Source: Felis catus (Eukaryota). From it: DNA of 64,000 bases. Below are positions 45,531 to 57,339 of this stretch, piece by piece. Each line of letters starts with the position of its first letter. Positions within the stretch are counted from its first letter, which is position 1. Below the pieces are notes generated by a model. That model was given only the letters and a program-made list of their open reading frames with translations, was not told where the DNA came from and made no database searches. A program made the position numbers and the translations under genes. The stretch covers positions 57,538,001-57,602,000 of the forward strand of contig NC_058382.1 of assembly GCF_018350175.1 (NCBI RefSeq), written 5' to 3'.

Positions 45531-48500
45531 AATTGGATTGTTATGCTTACAATTTTGAAAATTTATATAGATTATATTCTATTTCCATATGATTGTTGAA
45601 CCCTGTTCCCTGGATTGAAGTGAACCAGTGGAAAACTTGGAAACATTTCTAATGCCAATAGTTTTCAACATTTTAACAGGTATAAAGGATGAACTTTGAC
45701 AATGGAAGTGTAAGTACATCTCTTAATTTGTGAGTATTTGTTGTCTTATGAAATGATTTGGGGTAATTAGTGTGAACTGACCAGTCCTTCCTTAAACCAG
45801 GAATCGTTTGTGGGTTTGTGGTCGTTGTAGTGAAATCCCCCCTGGTAATGCCTTCTACACTTTATTTGGATATCACGTGGCTTCCTGTCCTGGTGCCCTG
45901 AAGCAGGCTCACTCCGGTCTTTGCATTACCTGGCAGTGATGGGGCCCCACATTTTACATTATGGAATCTCTTGGATCCACTTTATAGCATATGGCGGAGT
46001 GTCCCCGTGTGGTGGAATATCTATCTGTTTATAACTGACCGCCGTATTAGTATTTCTCAAAAGATACGTTTTTACTGGAACCTTGTAGTGAGGCAGCTGA
46101 AGCAAATACAATTATTTGAAATACAGGATATTTGGAGATGCTGATTTTCCTTTGCACAGCGACAGCAGAAACTCAAACCTGTTCTGCGACTAGATGGGTT
46201 TCAAGTTGGTGAAATGACGGTCGCCTCAGTGACGTACCGAGCGGCAGTGCAGACGAGGTGCGTCGTGCACTTGGGTCCGTCTTGGTGGGACCACAGTGTA
46301 CCGAAATTGCAGTGAGCGCTAAGCCAACCTGCCTCGTTTTCAGTTCCTCTCTAGAGCAAAAGTTAGGACCTGCATTCCAGCGCACTTTTATGTGGAGCTG
46401 GCGTGATCTAATAGTGCTCGACATGGGAAAACTTACAGGAGGAAAGGGTTACAAAGTGTAGCGATCGTCTCATGCCAAACCTGTTGCGCGTTTTCTCTGC
46501 CCGTGTGTGATATTCAGGAACTTGGGAAAAGTTGTGTCATCTGTGTTTGAATTATCAGCCACATCAAGGCTAATTTTTTGTTCGTTTTTGCGTTTGTACT
46601 GATTTGTCATGTGAGTTTTTGCTGTTAATAGATCTGGGTTTTCAAGAGGATCATTAAAGGTGGTTGTCGAGGACACTTGTTACTTTGCTGCTCGCACACT
46701 GAAGTATGAGAAATTGTAGGAAGAGCTCGCTTTTGGATTTGTAATTAGGCGGCTGCATTTCTATTTACTGCTTCCCGTGCGAGAACCACTGGGCACAAAA
46801 CAGATAAATCTGTTTGCAATGGAATTAATTGGCCTGGGGCCATTGGATTACTGTCGTTTGTCCCTTTAGTGCCACTTCAGCAGTGTCGATGTTCGTTTCC
46901 AAAGACTTACATGTGCTTGGATTGCAGTTTGCCCGTTTGTTGAAGTGATCTCCCCAAAGGTCTTTTTGTGACCATCTCTGTCACTGCAGGCTGGATTAAG
47001 GACTAGTGTGGGCAACATAAAGGTGGCCTGTGGGTTATGCTCATACTATTTGTTTCAAGGATTAGACATTGTAGAATCTGTCATAACCCTAGATGTGGCG
47101 TCTTCGAAATGTATGCTTTTTGCGAGCTGGCTGTTTCTGTCTGTTTGAAAGCTCCTCAGCTGTGACCCCATTCCAGCAGAAGACCTGAGAAGCCAGAAGC
47201 TCTGGGCCAGTAACTCCATTCTGCCCTCTGTCTTGACACGTGCGGTTCTCCTGTTGCCCTCTCCCGGGAGTCGAGTAGGTGAGGTGTAGAGGTGGGGGTG
47301 TGGTTTAGGGCTGGGAGAGTAAGGTGATGCAAAGGGGATTAGTGCCTATTACATCTTCCTACAGTTTCCTTTTCTGGCCTCCTGGAGATTTGTTAGACGA
47401 CAGCACGCGCGTAGCCTTCGCCCAGCGCCTGCCGCCAAGTGTCCACGCGCCGATGCCGTCTGCTCTTGTGATCCTCAGGCCCCTCTCTTGTGGGCTTTGT
47501 CTGCGGCTTTAGTGGTTGCCAATCTTCAGGTCAATTCTCAGTTTATGTTTTTGGTGTCGGCTGGTGGGACTTCTAACTCTCCTTCTCACCACTGGTGCGT
47601 TACAAGTGGAGGCGCCTCCTGGTGGAAAGTCTGGGCTCCCCACTCTTGCACCTTGGGCATTTGATTTTTACATCTAGTTGCCTCTTTCTTTCACCCTTAC
47701 GTTATCATATGTGACAGTGGCAGATTTTGTTTTCCTTGTCCTTATTTTATGAGGAAGAAATTTTTTTCATCTCTGTGTACTGTATGCAAATTGCTGGCAG
47801 GGTGGGGAGTGCAGAGCGCCATGAGCAGTGCACCCCCTGGAGCTGTCATTCTAAGAGGGGACCTGCTGGTTGTGCTGGAAGTGGTGGGGGTGGCTTTTCA
47901 GACCAGTGTCTCAATTGAGTTCTGCTCACTGTCCACAAAAATAGTCGTTTACCATTACTGCGAGTACATGTCATAAATACTCACGTTGTAAAATGCATTA
48001 AGTAAAGCTAGACGTCTGTATACGTTATATTTGCAAGCCATGGCCCTTGTGACATAGGAACTGTTCAAGAACATTGCAGATGACTCCGTAGAACATTTTG
48101 AGTTGCCATTTGGCCCGATGGGTTACAGTCTGCATGTAAACACGGTGATGCCCTTCCTTTGCTCTGGTTACAAGGGGTGCCTTTTACATTTTATTGCATT
48201 CATTTAAATTTAGTTAGGACCAATTAACTTGTGAATGTATTTGGTATTCTAATAATTGTCAAGAGGATTTCTAGTGGTTTTTGGGGGGGCTTTCTTCCAC
48301 TGTAGACGTTTTATAACTAGCGGAGTGAAGCAGTGCTTCTGTCGAGAGACTTTCGTCTTGCGTCGTTAAAATGTGTGCACTCCCTGTTCTTTCTGAACGT
48401 CATAATCTTTTTCCTTTTGACAGGACCTGTTGAAGCTTTCGGGGAAATGGAAGAGAATTTGACAGTGAAATTTAATTCCAGAGTTTTTTGAGATTCTTGC

Positions 48501-51500
48501 CCAGTGTTGTCAAATATGTCCCTTGAAATTCTAAGTAGTAATTCCACTTAGATGGCTGGCAATATGTGTATATTTATTTGAGGCCGGAAGTAGACCTTCT
48601 GGGTAGATCTGATAATTGGACGCGGAGGAACTTATTAATTACAACACATTAAAATTGCAGTGATCAGCACTTGAGTGTTGTGCGGTGTGTAAGTGTCATG
48701 GTTTGTAAAGTGCATGGCTTGTTTGAGCCTTACAGCCATCCTGCAGTGTCTTGTCATCACCGGTTCACAGATGAAAAAGTGAGACCCACGCAGCGTGGGA
48801 CTTGAAGTCACGTGGCTGCCACGTGCATCCCTGGGGGCTTGCCAGCAGGTCGTCGGACTTCTGAATCCTTTGTTTCTTCTGCTTTGCCAAACTGCTTTCC
48901 TGCAAGAGACTGATCAAGGTGTCATGCTTCACATAGTGACCTCGCCGGAGCAGCTCCTAAGTGAAAGTGGATAGAATGGATGAATGAGTGAAATAAAAAC
49001 GGAAATGATTCAGGACTGTGATCTCACTAAGAGTTGCTAGTATGTTACCAGTTGCTAAATTTTGTGTGGGGTGTGTCCTTATTGATTTTATTTGGAAACA
49101 CATAGTACAGATGTGCTCTTTCTAAAACATGCCAACGACCCAGAAGTATTTAACGTGAAAAGTTGAAGTCATCCTCTTTCTCTCTGGCCTTTACTGCTCA
49201 GTTTGATATACGTCTTCCGCCCCTTTTCCCGCGGGGCGTTTCTGCGATTCTGTTGTTCACTGTACGTAATACAGTCTGCTCCAACCACACGGCCACTGAG
49301 CTGAACTTTTTGGAGCAAACCTTGTTTCTAAAATTTTTGAAGGCATCTATTCAAGCATAGTAAGTTTTCTTCGTTTTACCTGTTTTAGCCAGGGAACGGA
49401 GCAGACACTCTAGAGGTTAAAGTATACTGAGAACTGTGGAAATGCTCTAGAGATTTCTGAGTAATAAAATGTCCGAAGACTTTTTTTTTTTTTTTTTAAA
49501 GACATGGCTTTTTGAAGAATTCAACCCCTTAGTTATAGCAGCCGTGCCATCCAGTTTTTATACGGTGAAAAGCGGTCTGACTCAGACTCGGATTCTTGTC
49601 TCTTGGTCCCCTCTTCACTAGAGAAGGTTACTGAGAGGACGAAGCTTCCCTTTTTTGGAGACAGTGGTCACCAGCCTGAGTGAATAGTGGGGGTGCCGGC
49701 AATTAACTTGGATTTTCCTGCCTGCTCCAGAAATCGGGTTTTCTCCTCCTCCCCCCTTGCTTTACAGTCAACGTGCTACACTGGCAGAAGATGAAGCACT
49801 GTCCCCTCGCCCACCTCGGGTCCCTCTCCCCGGAGACGGCGGCGTTCCACCACTTCTGACTCTAATAAAACGCAAGACCAGGTCTTGCAAGGGTAGCGTT
49901 CTGCCTCAGCTGGAATTAATTTGTAGGCTCTCAGACACTTTTATTCAGAACCACGTATAAAGGACTTTGTATCTTTTGTGATTGTTCAAAGCAAAATTTT
50001 TGGCGCCTGGGCATTAGGAACGCAGAGCTGAAGAGCGAGTTGCTGTGCTTTAGGAGTTCACGGAGTGGGAGGGGGGAGAGAAACAGGCTCGTTGGCGAAC
50101 GCTGATTTGCGGTGGTAGTTCCTGCAACTGAAGTGTGGAGAACATTGCCAGGAACTTTCGTTCGTTCACTCAGCAAGTAGTTATTGAGTGGCTACTGTGT
50201 ACCAGGCACTGAGGATGGGGTGATGGGCAAAAGCGGGCATTGTCCCTCCTACCAGGGAGCTTACTGTCTGGTGAGGGAGACGGTCGCTGGTCAGATAATC
50301 ACAGCAATGGCTGTGTCGTTCCAGACTGAGAAGTGTGTCCCAGAGGAAGGGAACGCAGCGTGTTGGTGTGGCCCGGGAGGGTCGGGGAAGAGTTTTCCCT
50401 GGAAGGGGTGCCTTAGCTGAGATGCACAGCTGGGGACCGTGGCTGGAGCGAGTTGAGGGCAGTTAAGAGGACTCGGAGAAAGCCCACGTAGGTGTAGAGC
50501 TCCGTGCCGGAGAGGAGGGGCCTCCAGGGGTCTGCCCAACCTCGTAGGGTTTCCTGAATGTTAACGTCTTTACGCCGAGAAAAATGTGGAAGGAGGGGGC
50601 CGTCCGGCGTTTGACCGTGGAAGCACGTGATCGAGCTGCCTCGTGGGCTCACGCTGTGACCGCCCTGTGCGGAGGCCACGAGATGAGGCCGGAGGGATTT
50701 TGGATTCTTGTTCAGGGAGAGTGCAGGGTAGAGCAGTGGCATGATTTAGAAGGTATTTAGGTGTAAGACGGATTGAACAGGAGGAGAGCGAGACTGAGCG
50801 TCGGGGGAGGCTGGGAGGATGTCTCTTCTGAAAAGGTGGCATTTGGGCAGAGGAGCCCGAGGACAAGGGCATCTGGGAGACGGCGGGCGGAGGAGCAGAG
50901 TCCCAAAACCTGAGGCACGTGTGGGGACCCGGAAGAGGTTTGTGCCTGAAGTGCTGTGTGGGGGGAACGGGTGGGGCCGGAGTCAGAGGCGAGGTGAGGG
51001 ACCCTGAGAGAGGCCAAGCCGCAGACACCGTGGGTCTTGTGAGCAGGTGCGGGTCTGTGAGAACCCGCAGGATTTCGGAACAAAACCACGGGTTTTAGTA
51101 AGTGGTGGCACTGCTCTGTGCCAGCCTTGCCCGTGGCGACGGCCTCGGGGGGCCAAGTGTGGTACTTCCCGGCTGTCAGAGGTGTCCCTCTTCCGGCTGT
51201 CGCCCAGATCTGGGAGCGTACTCTGTGCTCACGTCAGCACCCCGAGCATCTTGAACCCCAGAACTTGGAGGGGGAAAAGCAGGGCATTCTTTTGGGGACA
51301 TCTGAGGCGGACTAATGCAAGGCGAATAGCTTTTGGGTGTCCTCAGTGCTGATTGGTAGAGTGTTGTTAGGAAGGCCGTGTGGGGACATTATGCCCTTTA
51401 GTTTCGGGGGGGGGCACCTTTAAAAACAAACATTTGTTTCTTCATTGTGGTCTTAGGAACTAAAATATAAAAAGAACATGTCCCTCATAATATCCCATGA

Positions 51501-51551
51501 CCCAGAGGTGACTTCTGAGGTTAATACTTTGAAATGCTTTTCTTCGGTCCC

Positions 51552-52025
51552 TTTTTTTTTTTTTTTTTTAATGTTTTTATTCTTGAGAAGGAGCGTGCGC
51601 GTGCGAGTGGGGAGGGGCAGAGAAAGGACAGAGGATCCCAAGGTGGCTCCGTGCTGACAGCAGCGAGTCTGACACTCACCGACTGTGAGGTCATGACCGG
51701 AGCTGAAGTTGGACATTCAACCGACTGAGCTGCCCAGGTGCCCCTCTTCAGTCTTTTTTATAGGAGATTTTAGAAATTTGGAATCATTTTATATGATAGT
51801 ATTTTTTTTCTTTCGTGTTAACATTTACTTATATTTGAGAGAGAGAGAGAGACAGAGTGTGGGCAAAGGAGGGGCAGAGAGAGGGAGTCACCGAATCCGA
51901 AGCAGGCTCCAGGCCCCAGGCTCCGAGCTGTCAGCACAGAGCCCGACGCGGGGCTCAAACTCACGAACCCCGAGATAATGACCCGAGCAGAAGTCAGATG
52001 CCTAACTGAGCCACCCAGGCGCCCC
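51552..52025 (-). mobile_element. Two antisense SINECs (51552-51743; 51805-52025)
   Basis: The second copy is flanked by the TSD tatatgatagtattt. Confidence 0.88.
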
Positions 52026-52930
52026 TATATGATAGTATTTCTTAGGTTGGGACCCTTGGTCCTAGTCTTCTGTCAGAATCACCTGATGGCCATCCACACC
52101 TGCTTGCTGGGGCTCCTTGTGGGCAGGCCTCTAAATCTGGGTTTAGGACAGCTCCCCCCAGAGTATCTATCGCAGCTCGGCTCAGGTTTCAGAGCCTCCA
52201 TAGCTTTGTTTCCAGTTTGTTTCACGTAACCCATTGAACACGTTGCCATGAATAGGATTAGCTAAATCATATTTTGGATAAAATATCCAGTCTAGGTTGA
52301 GTGTGAACAACAACCAAGATACATGTATATACCACTGTGAGAGGTGATAAGATCTAATTTTAGCACCGAGTAGAACGGATCGTGGGGACAGAACCAGCAC
52401 GAGACGCCTGAAAATTTTGCCACTTTGAAGATCTGTCCCGTTGGGTCTCCAGAAGGAGGTTCCTGATTTCATTCCTTTTCGGCATTTATCCAGCTCTTGC
52501 TGTGTGCCAGGACCTGGATGGGGGGTTAGTTGCAAGACACAGTTACAGAGAAGTAATCTCGGTACAAATACACTCTCCAGAGCCAGAGAGGCGCACCGCT
52601 GCTGACCCCCGTGCTCTGCATTGTGGGTGGGATGTAGGGGACGGGGTGGAAGCGGCCCAGACTCCACCACGGCTCATTTCAGCCGTGACCATCTGATGTG
52701 CCAGTGAATTGGGATGAACTTTCTAATTTGTTCTCAGGTCTGGTCGTAGTCAACATTTGTCTGAGGTTGTGTGTCCGGCATTGAGCCAGTCTGCCATCAG
52801 AAATTCTTGCCATCTTGTTTTGCTGCTGGTCATGGATTTGTCCGTTGAGGAAATTCTTGCCGCCACTTTTCCACAGACGTGCGAGCATAATTACTGCTCC
52901 TTCCCTCTCCTTATCGAACTCCTGCCTTTT

Positions 52931-53053
52931 TTTTTTTTTTTTTTTAATTTTTTTTTTCAATGTTTATTTTTGGGACAGAGAGAGACACAGCATGAACGGG
53001 GGAGGGGCAGAGAGAGAGGGAGACACAGAATCGGAAACAGGCTCCAGGCTCTG
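52931..53053 (-). mobile_element. 5'-truncated young SINEC_Fc with a perfect TSD
   Basis: atcgaactcctgcctttt at 52913-52930 and 53054-53071; the body stops at ...ggctccaggctctg. Confidence 0.93.
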
Positions 53054-53174
53054 ATCGAACTCCTGCCTTTTACGTGCCACGGCTATATGGTATGAGTTGA
53101 GGGTCAGGAACGTATATTTACTTTTCTGGGACTAGAGGTAAATGAGAAGGGGATAAGAGGTAGGAGATAGCTTT

Positions 53175-53286
53175 TATATTTATATATACACACACACACA
53201 CACATATATATATATGTATATATATGTGTGTGTGTGTGTGTATATATGTATACGTGTATATGTATATATGTATATATGTATATATG
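53175..53286. repeat. Compound (TA)n(CA)8(TA)n(TG)8(TA)n microsatellite
   Basis: Read directly; near-palindromic. Confidence 0.92.
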
Positions 53287-54073
53287 ATTCACAGTAGTCT
53301 CTGCAGTAGTTTTGGCTGGAAACTTAGCTGACTACACACGGTGACACTGTAGCAATATCCTAGCATTGACTAGTTTTGGAAACAATTACCACAGCTGAGT
53401 TTGGAGTTTGCCTCTTATCCTGTGGCACAAGTTGAACAGATGGACTTCTTTTCTTTTTAAGGTGGACAGAAAGTAAAGTACAGTATCATTTTGTTTCTTG
53501 GACATTGATTTCGTTTCGGGTGGGAACATAGGTTTGAGTTAGCTTTGTCAGTCCTTCACTTTCCTATGAAAAAGGAAAGGACTGCCTTGCATGCAGTGTG
53601 CATGGTGAGCTTTGAGGCCCCCGTGGACTTTGGCTCTGTAGATGCCCTATCTTTCCTCTGAGGGTCAGTCAGCTGTTCGTGGAGGCCTGTAGCCTTCCGG
53701 GCCCTGTGTGGGCCCTGTGCCCAGACGGGGCCCTGCCTGGCAGAGGAGAACAGCACGGGTCGGTTGTCTAACTCGAGCTCTCTCAGGTGCTCTGAAGTAA
53801 GAGCAAGGATCCCGGGAGTGACCTGGTGGCACAGGAAGGCTTTCTTGAGGTCTGGTTCTCCTCCAGCACATTCAGTACATTCAGGGCTGCATATGGGTTT
53901 GTTGTGGGGTTTCTCGTTCTGGGCATGAAGATTAGCACCGCAGCGTGCAGAACGGCGAGGGACAAATTCGTCCTTGGTGGAAATACCTTTGAGTGCCAGT
54001 CCTGAATAAGAAGGATGAGCTGCTCATGAAGTGTTCTGATTGGTTGTAATTTTTGCATTAAGAACGAGTGGGT

Positions 54074-54175
54074 GGGGTGCCTGGCTGGCTCCATCAGTGA
54101 ACACGTGACTCTTGGTCTTGGGGTGTGAGTTCAAGCCCCTCGTTGGGTGTAGACTTTGCTTAAAAAAAAAAAAAA
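54074..54175 (+). mobile_element. Short tRNA-derived carnivore SINE (similar short antisense copies at ~44400-44500 and 55555-55668)
   Basis: ggggtgcctggctggctc...gtgactcttggtcttgggg...gagttcaagcccc...ttgggtgtaga...aaaaa. Confidence 0.8.
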
Positions 54176-55684
54176 TGCACAGGCGACCTGAGCTTCTTTT
54201 AAGGGTCTTCATGGCTTTCTTTATCTCTGTTGTGTAGTTCCTTGAATCCAGGTGACTGATCTGTATATCAGACCATAAAGTATTTTGTTTAATTCTCTGG
54301 GTTGTTTCTCAGTAAATGTAGTCCTGAGATAGATCAAAAGGCAGTTACTGATGCAAATACAGTGCTTTTAGCACAGCTTTCCCATGACCTGTTAGTAGGC
54401 CGTGGCAGTGATCCTCTGATCCCGTCAGAGCCAGTCCCGTTAACTCTCCCAATTCGAGAGCCACAGAGCCAACAGCTTCCTAGGTGGAGAGCCTAATTGT
54501 ATGTCGGAGCTGAGCATAAGTTTCATGAGGGCAGAGATTTGTTTGTTTTGTTCACTGATACATCTCCAGGGCTTAGAACATGATCAGTGCTCAGTGAGTA
54601 TATATTGATGTACAAATTAATGAGAGATGTAGCCCAGTCCATATATTGAGGAAGTTCACAGTTGCATGTAAGATAGAGGCTAATCAGCTGTTACAGTCGA
54701 GAGTGTGTAACTCAGCAGGTTTTTTGGGAAAATAGTTGGTAAAGCTGAGACTCTGGAACTGTGTTCTATGATGTCAGAGGTCATCCAGGCCAGAGAAGGC
54801 CCCGGATGCGAGAGGCCCAGCATGCACAGCAGCGTGCACGGAGAGAATTGCCGTGCTGGGCTGTGGGGAGCCTTGGCCCGTGAGTCTGGGAAGGTAGATG
54901 AGTGCCAGGCGCTGAGCTCTTATGTGCTCTGCTGGGGCTTTTTGTCCTGAACGGTTGTGATAGGCTGCTCCTAGGGACCAAAATCAGATTCCCATTTTGG
55001 AGAAAGTGCCGTGGTGGCCACATGTGGTTTGGAGGGTGGAGGCTGAGCCTGGAGGCAGGAAGGGGCAGTTGGGTGCTCCCACGACCAGCTGAGCAGCACA
55101 AAAGGCCATGGGGGCCGAATAAGGCTTTTGGGTGACCAGTTGAAATGGGATGCAGAGGGAACCAGGCAGCTTTGTTGTAACATATGTAATAATAATAATG
55201 CACTTTCCTCTTTAATGAAATAGGATTATACTATATGTTGTTGAGTGAAGGTTTTTTTTTCTCCCCCACTTGTGAGTATTCTCCATTATTAAACTTTTTC
55301 CTCAATGTTATTTTTAAGTACTGTGGTGTATTCACAAATTATATTTTACACATACTAAAAACAGTGATGGACATTTTTTGGATACATTTTTTAGCTGTTT
55401 CTGGTTGTGAATTACCTTATTTCCCAGAACTAATTAAAGCATTAAAGTAAACTGAAAGATACATTTAATTCATTGGTTATTTGGGGGGTAGAGGAGAAGA
55501 TAGATTTTGCTAAGTAATATTAAGTCATTAGTGGTAATTTAAAACATGAAGGGCTTTTTTTTCAAAATTTTATTTTTAAGTGATCTCTACACCCAACATT
55601 GGGGCTCAAACTCACAACCCTGAGATCAAGAATCTCATGCTGTACTGACTGCGCCAGCCGGGTGCCCTGAAAATAAGTTTTTTA

Positions 55685-55890
55685 TTATATTTTTGTTTTT
55701 ATTCGAGAGAGAGAGAGAGCACACGTGTGCAAGCAGGGGGAGAGGGGCAGAGGGAGAGAGAGAGAGAGAGAAAATCCCAAGCAGCCTTCACACTCTGCGT
55801 GGAGCCCAGTGTGGGGCTCTATTCCATGATCACAACCTGAGTTGAAATCCGGAGTTGGACACTCAGTTGACTGAACCACCTAGGCGCCCC
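55685..55890 (-). mobile_element. SINEC
   Basis: Antisense body. Confidence 0.85.
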
Positions 55891-56444
55891 AAACATGACG
55901 TTTTTTCATGTTTGGATTTTAAAACTTTGTACCAGTTTGATCAGAAGCCAGTTCTGTGTGTGAACTACTTGGAAAAGTTTGAGAAAGATCTTTTCATAGA
56001 GTATTTGTCAATAAGCTGATTAATGTTTGGAGAAGGCCAACTATTTTAGCTGTTGCTACAGATGTTCAGGAAGATAACTGGTGTTCTTACCCTGTGTAGG
56101 TAGTGGGTGACTAAGCCTGTAACTGAGGTGTAGGAAGCTGCCGGGCACGTTCTGAGCCGTGTAGTTACGTGCTCAGTGCTTGGGAGGTGCACGTGCGAGG
56201 CTCTGCAGCAGTAATTCAGAGGGTGAAGGAAGGGAGGGATGAACAGCCTTGACAGTGAAATAGGATTTTGGCAAATGGGGAGGCAGGCGGAGGGGGCATC
56301 CTGTGGGCAGACAGTAGGGCCTGCGTTTCTGATCAACCTGATTGTGGCTTTTGGAGTGACCTTACTTTCTCTGAGTCCCTTGGTTGCTGCTGCTGAACCT
56401 GGAACAAGCCTTTTTACGTCCTTTATTGTGCGCTTCGTTCCTGT

Positions 56445-56960
56445 CTTAGGTGGGATGCTTTTGAGAACAAGTGAAAGAAAGGCCAGCTCTAATTGGCTTA
56501 CGGCCTAAACCAGAGATTTGTTGGCTCATGGAACCAGAAATCCCAGAGGTAGGTCATGCTTCAAGGTTGGTTTGACTAATCAATTCAGTGATATCTTTGA
56601 GGACCTGGTTTCTTTTCACTTCTGTTGTGTCAGCATTTTCCTAAGACTAGTGTTCCTCCGAATGAGAAAATAGTCACAGCGGTTGTAGGCTTCCTGTGTA
56701 TGTCCAGCCTATTCCACATCGACCAGAACAAGAGAGTGGACGTGTGATCCAGAATTCTTGGCTGTGTCTTGGGGTTTGTGCCTTCTGGGTCACCCTTGAA
56801 CCGGGTGCTGTGGGCAGGGAAGGTGGGTGGCATGCCAGGTCGGGCTCCCATCTAGAGCTGGGAGTGGGTGTGTATCCGCCTTCTGGACTGGGTGACCACT
56901 AAGCAGCAGGGGAGGAGGAAAATGGACATGTGGAGGATGGCTGCAGAGTCCGTTACAGTC
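56445..56960. mobile_element. Old MLT1 (J/K-like) MaLR LTR remnant
   Basis: tgtcttaggtgggatgctttt...caagtgaaagaaa...aattggctta...atttgttggctcatggaaccagaaatcccagaggtagg...gcttcaagg. Confidence 0.5.
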
Positions 56961-57134
56961 CCATCCGGGAGCACCATTCCTTCCCCCTCTCCTTTTCCAG
57001 GTCTGTCACTTCCTCTGTGTGTGCATTCTTCAGGTAGTGGACTGTGTTCTCAGGGGGGTCTACTCCCCCCAAATAACAGTTAGAAATCCCTGTCTTTAAG
57101 AAAGAATGTAATGATAAAATGACATCTGTGTATC

Positions 57135-57339
57135 AATTATTTTTAATGTTCACTTTCGAGAGAGAGACAGAGTACAAGCGGGGGAGGGGCAGAGAGAGAG
57201 GGAGACACAGAATCGGAAGCAGGCTCCAGGCTCCAAGCTGGAAGCACAGAGCCCGATGCGGGGCTTGAACCCACGAACCGTGAGATCATGACCTGGGCCG
57301 AAGTCAGATGCTCAACTGACTGAGCCCCCCAGGTGCCCC
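57135..57339 (-). mobile_element. SINEC
   Basis: Antisense body. Confidence 0.9.

Noticed and set aside
46120..46170. cagGATATTTGGAGATG resembling the start of USP10 exon 2 (YIFGDF)
   Set aside because: The match does not continue into FSPDEFNQFF and the acceptor is poor; exon 2 probably lies beyond the window.
48385..48430. Strong isolated acceptor-like sites in USP10 intron 1 (also ~46158 and ~49767)
   Set aside because: No convincing paired donor or frame; such decoys are common in long introns.
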